Origin: Octopus bimaculoides | Lineage: Eukaryota | NCBI RefSeq assembly: GCF_001194135.2 | Contig: NC_068998.1 | Coordinates: 13,071,133 to 13,135,132, forward strand | DNA: 64,000 bases | Reading direction: 5' to 3' | Shown here: piece by piece, positions 63,239 to 64,000 of the stretch | Layout of the letters: each line of letters opens with the position of its first letter | How positions within the stretch are numbered: position 1 is the stretch's first letter | Made by a program: the position numbers and the translations under genes | The notes under the pieces: model-generated | Told to the model about the DNA's origin: nothing | Databases searched by the model: none | Seen by the model: only the letters and a program-made list of their open reading frames with translations

Positions 63239-63680
63239 AAAAAGATGATGTATATATATGTGTGTGTGTGTGTATCTTTGTGTTTGTGTTTGTCCACCAC
63301 CACTTCACAACAGGTGTTTAAGTCTCTAACTTAGCAGTTCAGTAAAATAGACTAATAGAATAAATACCAGGCTTAACAAAAAAAAAGAAAAAAACTGGGG
63401 TCAATTTGTCCAACTAAAAGAGCAAAATTGTCTAATAACTGAAACAAAAGACAAAGGGTAAAAGACTTGCTAGGAGGCTCAGTTTTGGATCCCTAGCCTC
63501 ACCAAAGATCTATAGTCCTTAGAACTACCACAGCAAAATAAAATTCAATAGTGGAAAGCATGCAATTATATTGGAACAATTTAGTTCAATACATAACAAA
63601 ATAAAGAACAAACAAAAATGGCATAAAAAGATCTCCATTTCCTCACATAGTTCACACTCTATCCACCCTAACACGGTTGT

Positions 63681-64000
63681 TTGTTGGCACTCCGTCGCTT
63701 ACGACGTCGAGGGTTCCAGTTGATCCGATCAACGGAACAGCCTGCTCGTGAAATTAACGTGCAAGTGGCTGAGCATTCCACAGACACGTGTACCCTTAAC
63801 GTAGTTCTCGGGGATATTCAGTGTGACACAGTGTGACAAGGCTGACCCTTTGAATTACAGGTACAACAGAAACAAGAAGTAAGAGTGAGAGAAAGTTGTG
63901 GTGGAAGAGTACAGCAGGGTTCGCCACCATCCCCTGCCGGAGCGTCGTGGAGCTTTTAGGTGTTTTCGCTCAATAAACACTCACAACGCCCGGTCTGGGA
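63681..64000 (-). mobile_element. SINE family C, young copy cut by the window end
   Basis: Close reverse match to 27715-28095. Confidence 0.9.

Overview
AT-rich, repeat-saturated, gapped eukaryotic scaffold. The SINE families, microsatellite load and LINE types point to a coleoid cephalopod, most likely Octopus (inference, not verified). Almost every entry in the ORF track is a microsatellite, N-gap or transposon artefact. Manual splice-site reading suggests one unidentified + strand protein-coding gene crossing the window as six tiny exons (4952-4975, 5769-5861, 14063-14142, 35120-35199, 57793-57867, 60306-60415). These splice in phase into a 153-codon open frame, separated by introns of 0.8-22.6 kb. 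The introns hold four tRNA-derived SINE families, CR1, RTE, R4/Dong and Penelope-like (PLE) relics, Tc1/mariner elements and MITEs, Helitron-like ends and satellites. Two themes stand out. (1) Minimal type-I hammerhead ribozyme motifs of two PLE-type families. One sits in a near-perfect 459-bp palindrome (53283-53741), so an intact ribozyme in the putative pre-mRNA is preceded by its own antisense copy. (2) At least six separate foldback structures, three of them Tc1/mariner elements rebuilt from two copies of one end. No CRISPR array, rRNA or genuine tRNA gene was found. Several duplications flank N gaps and are probably assembly artefacts.
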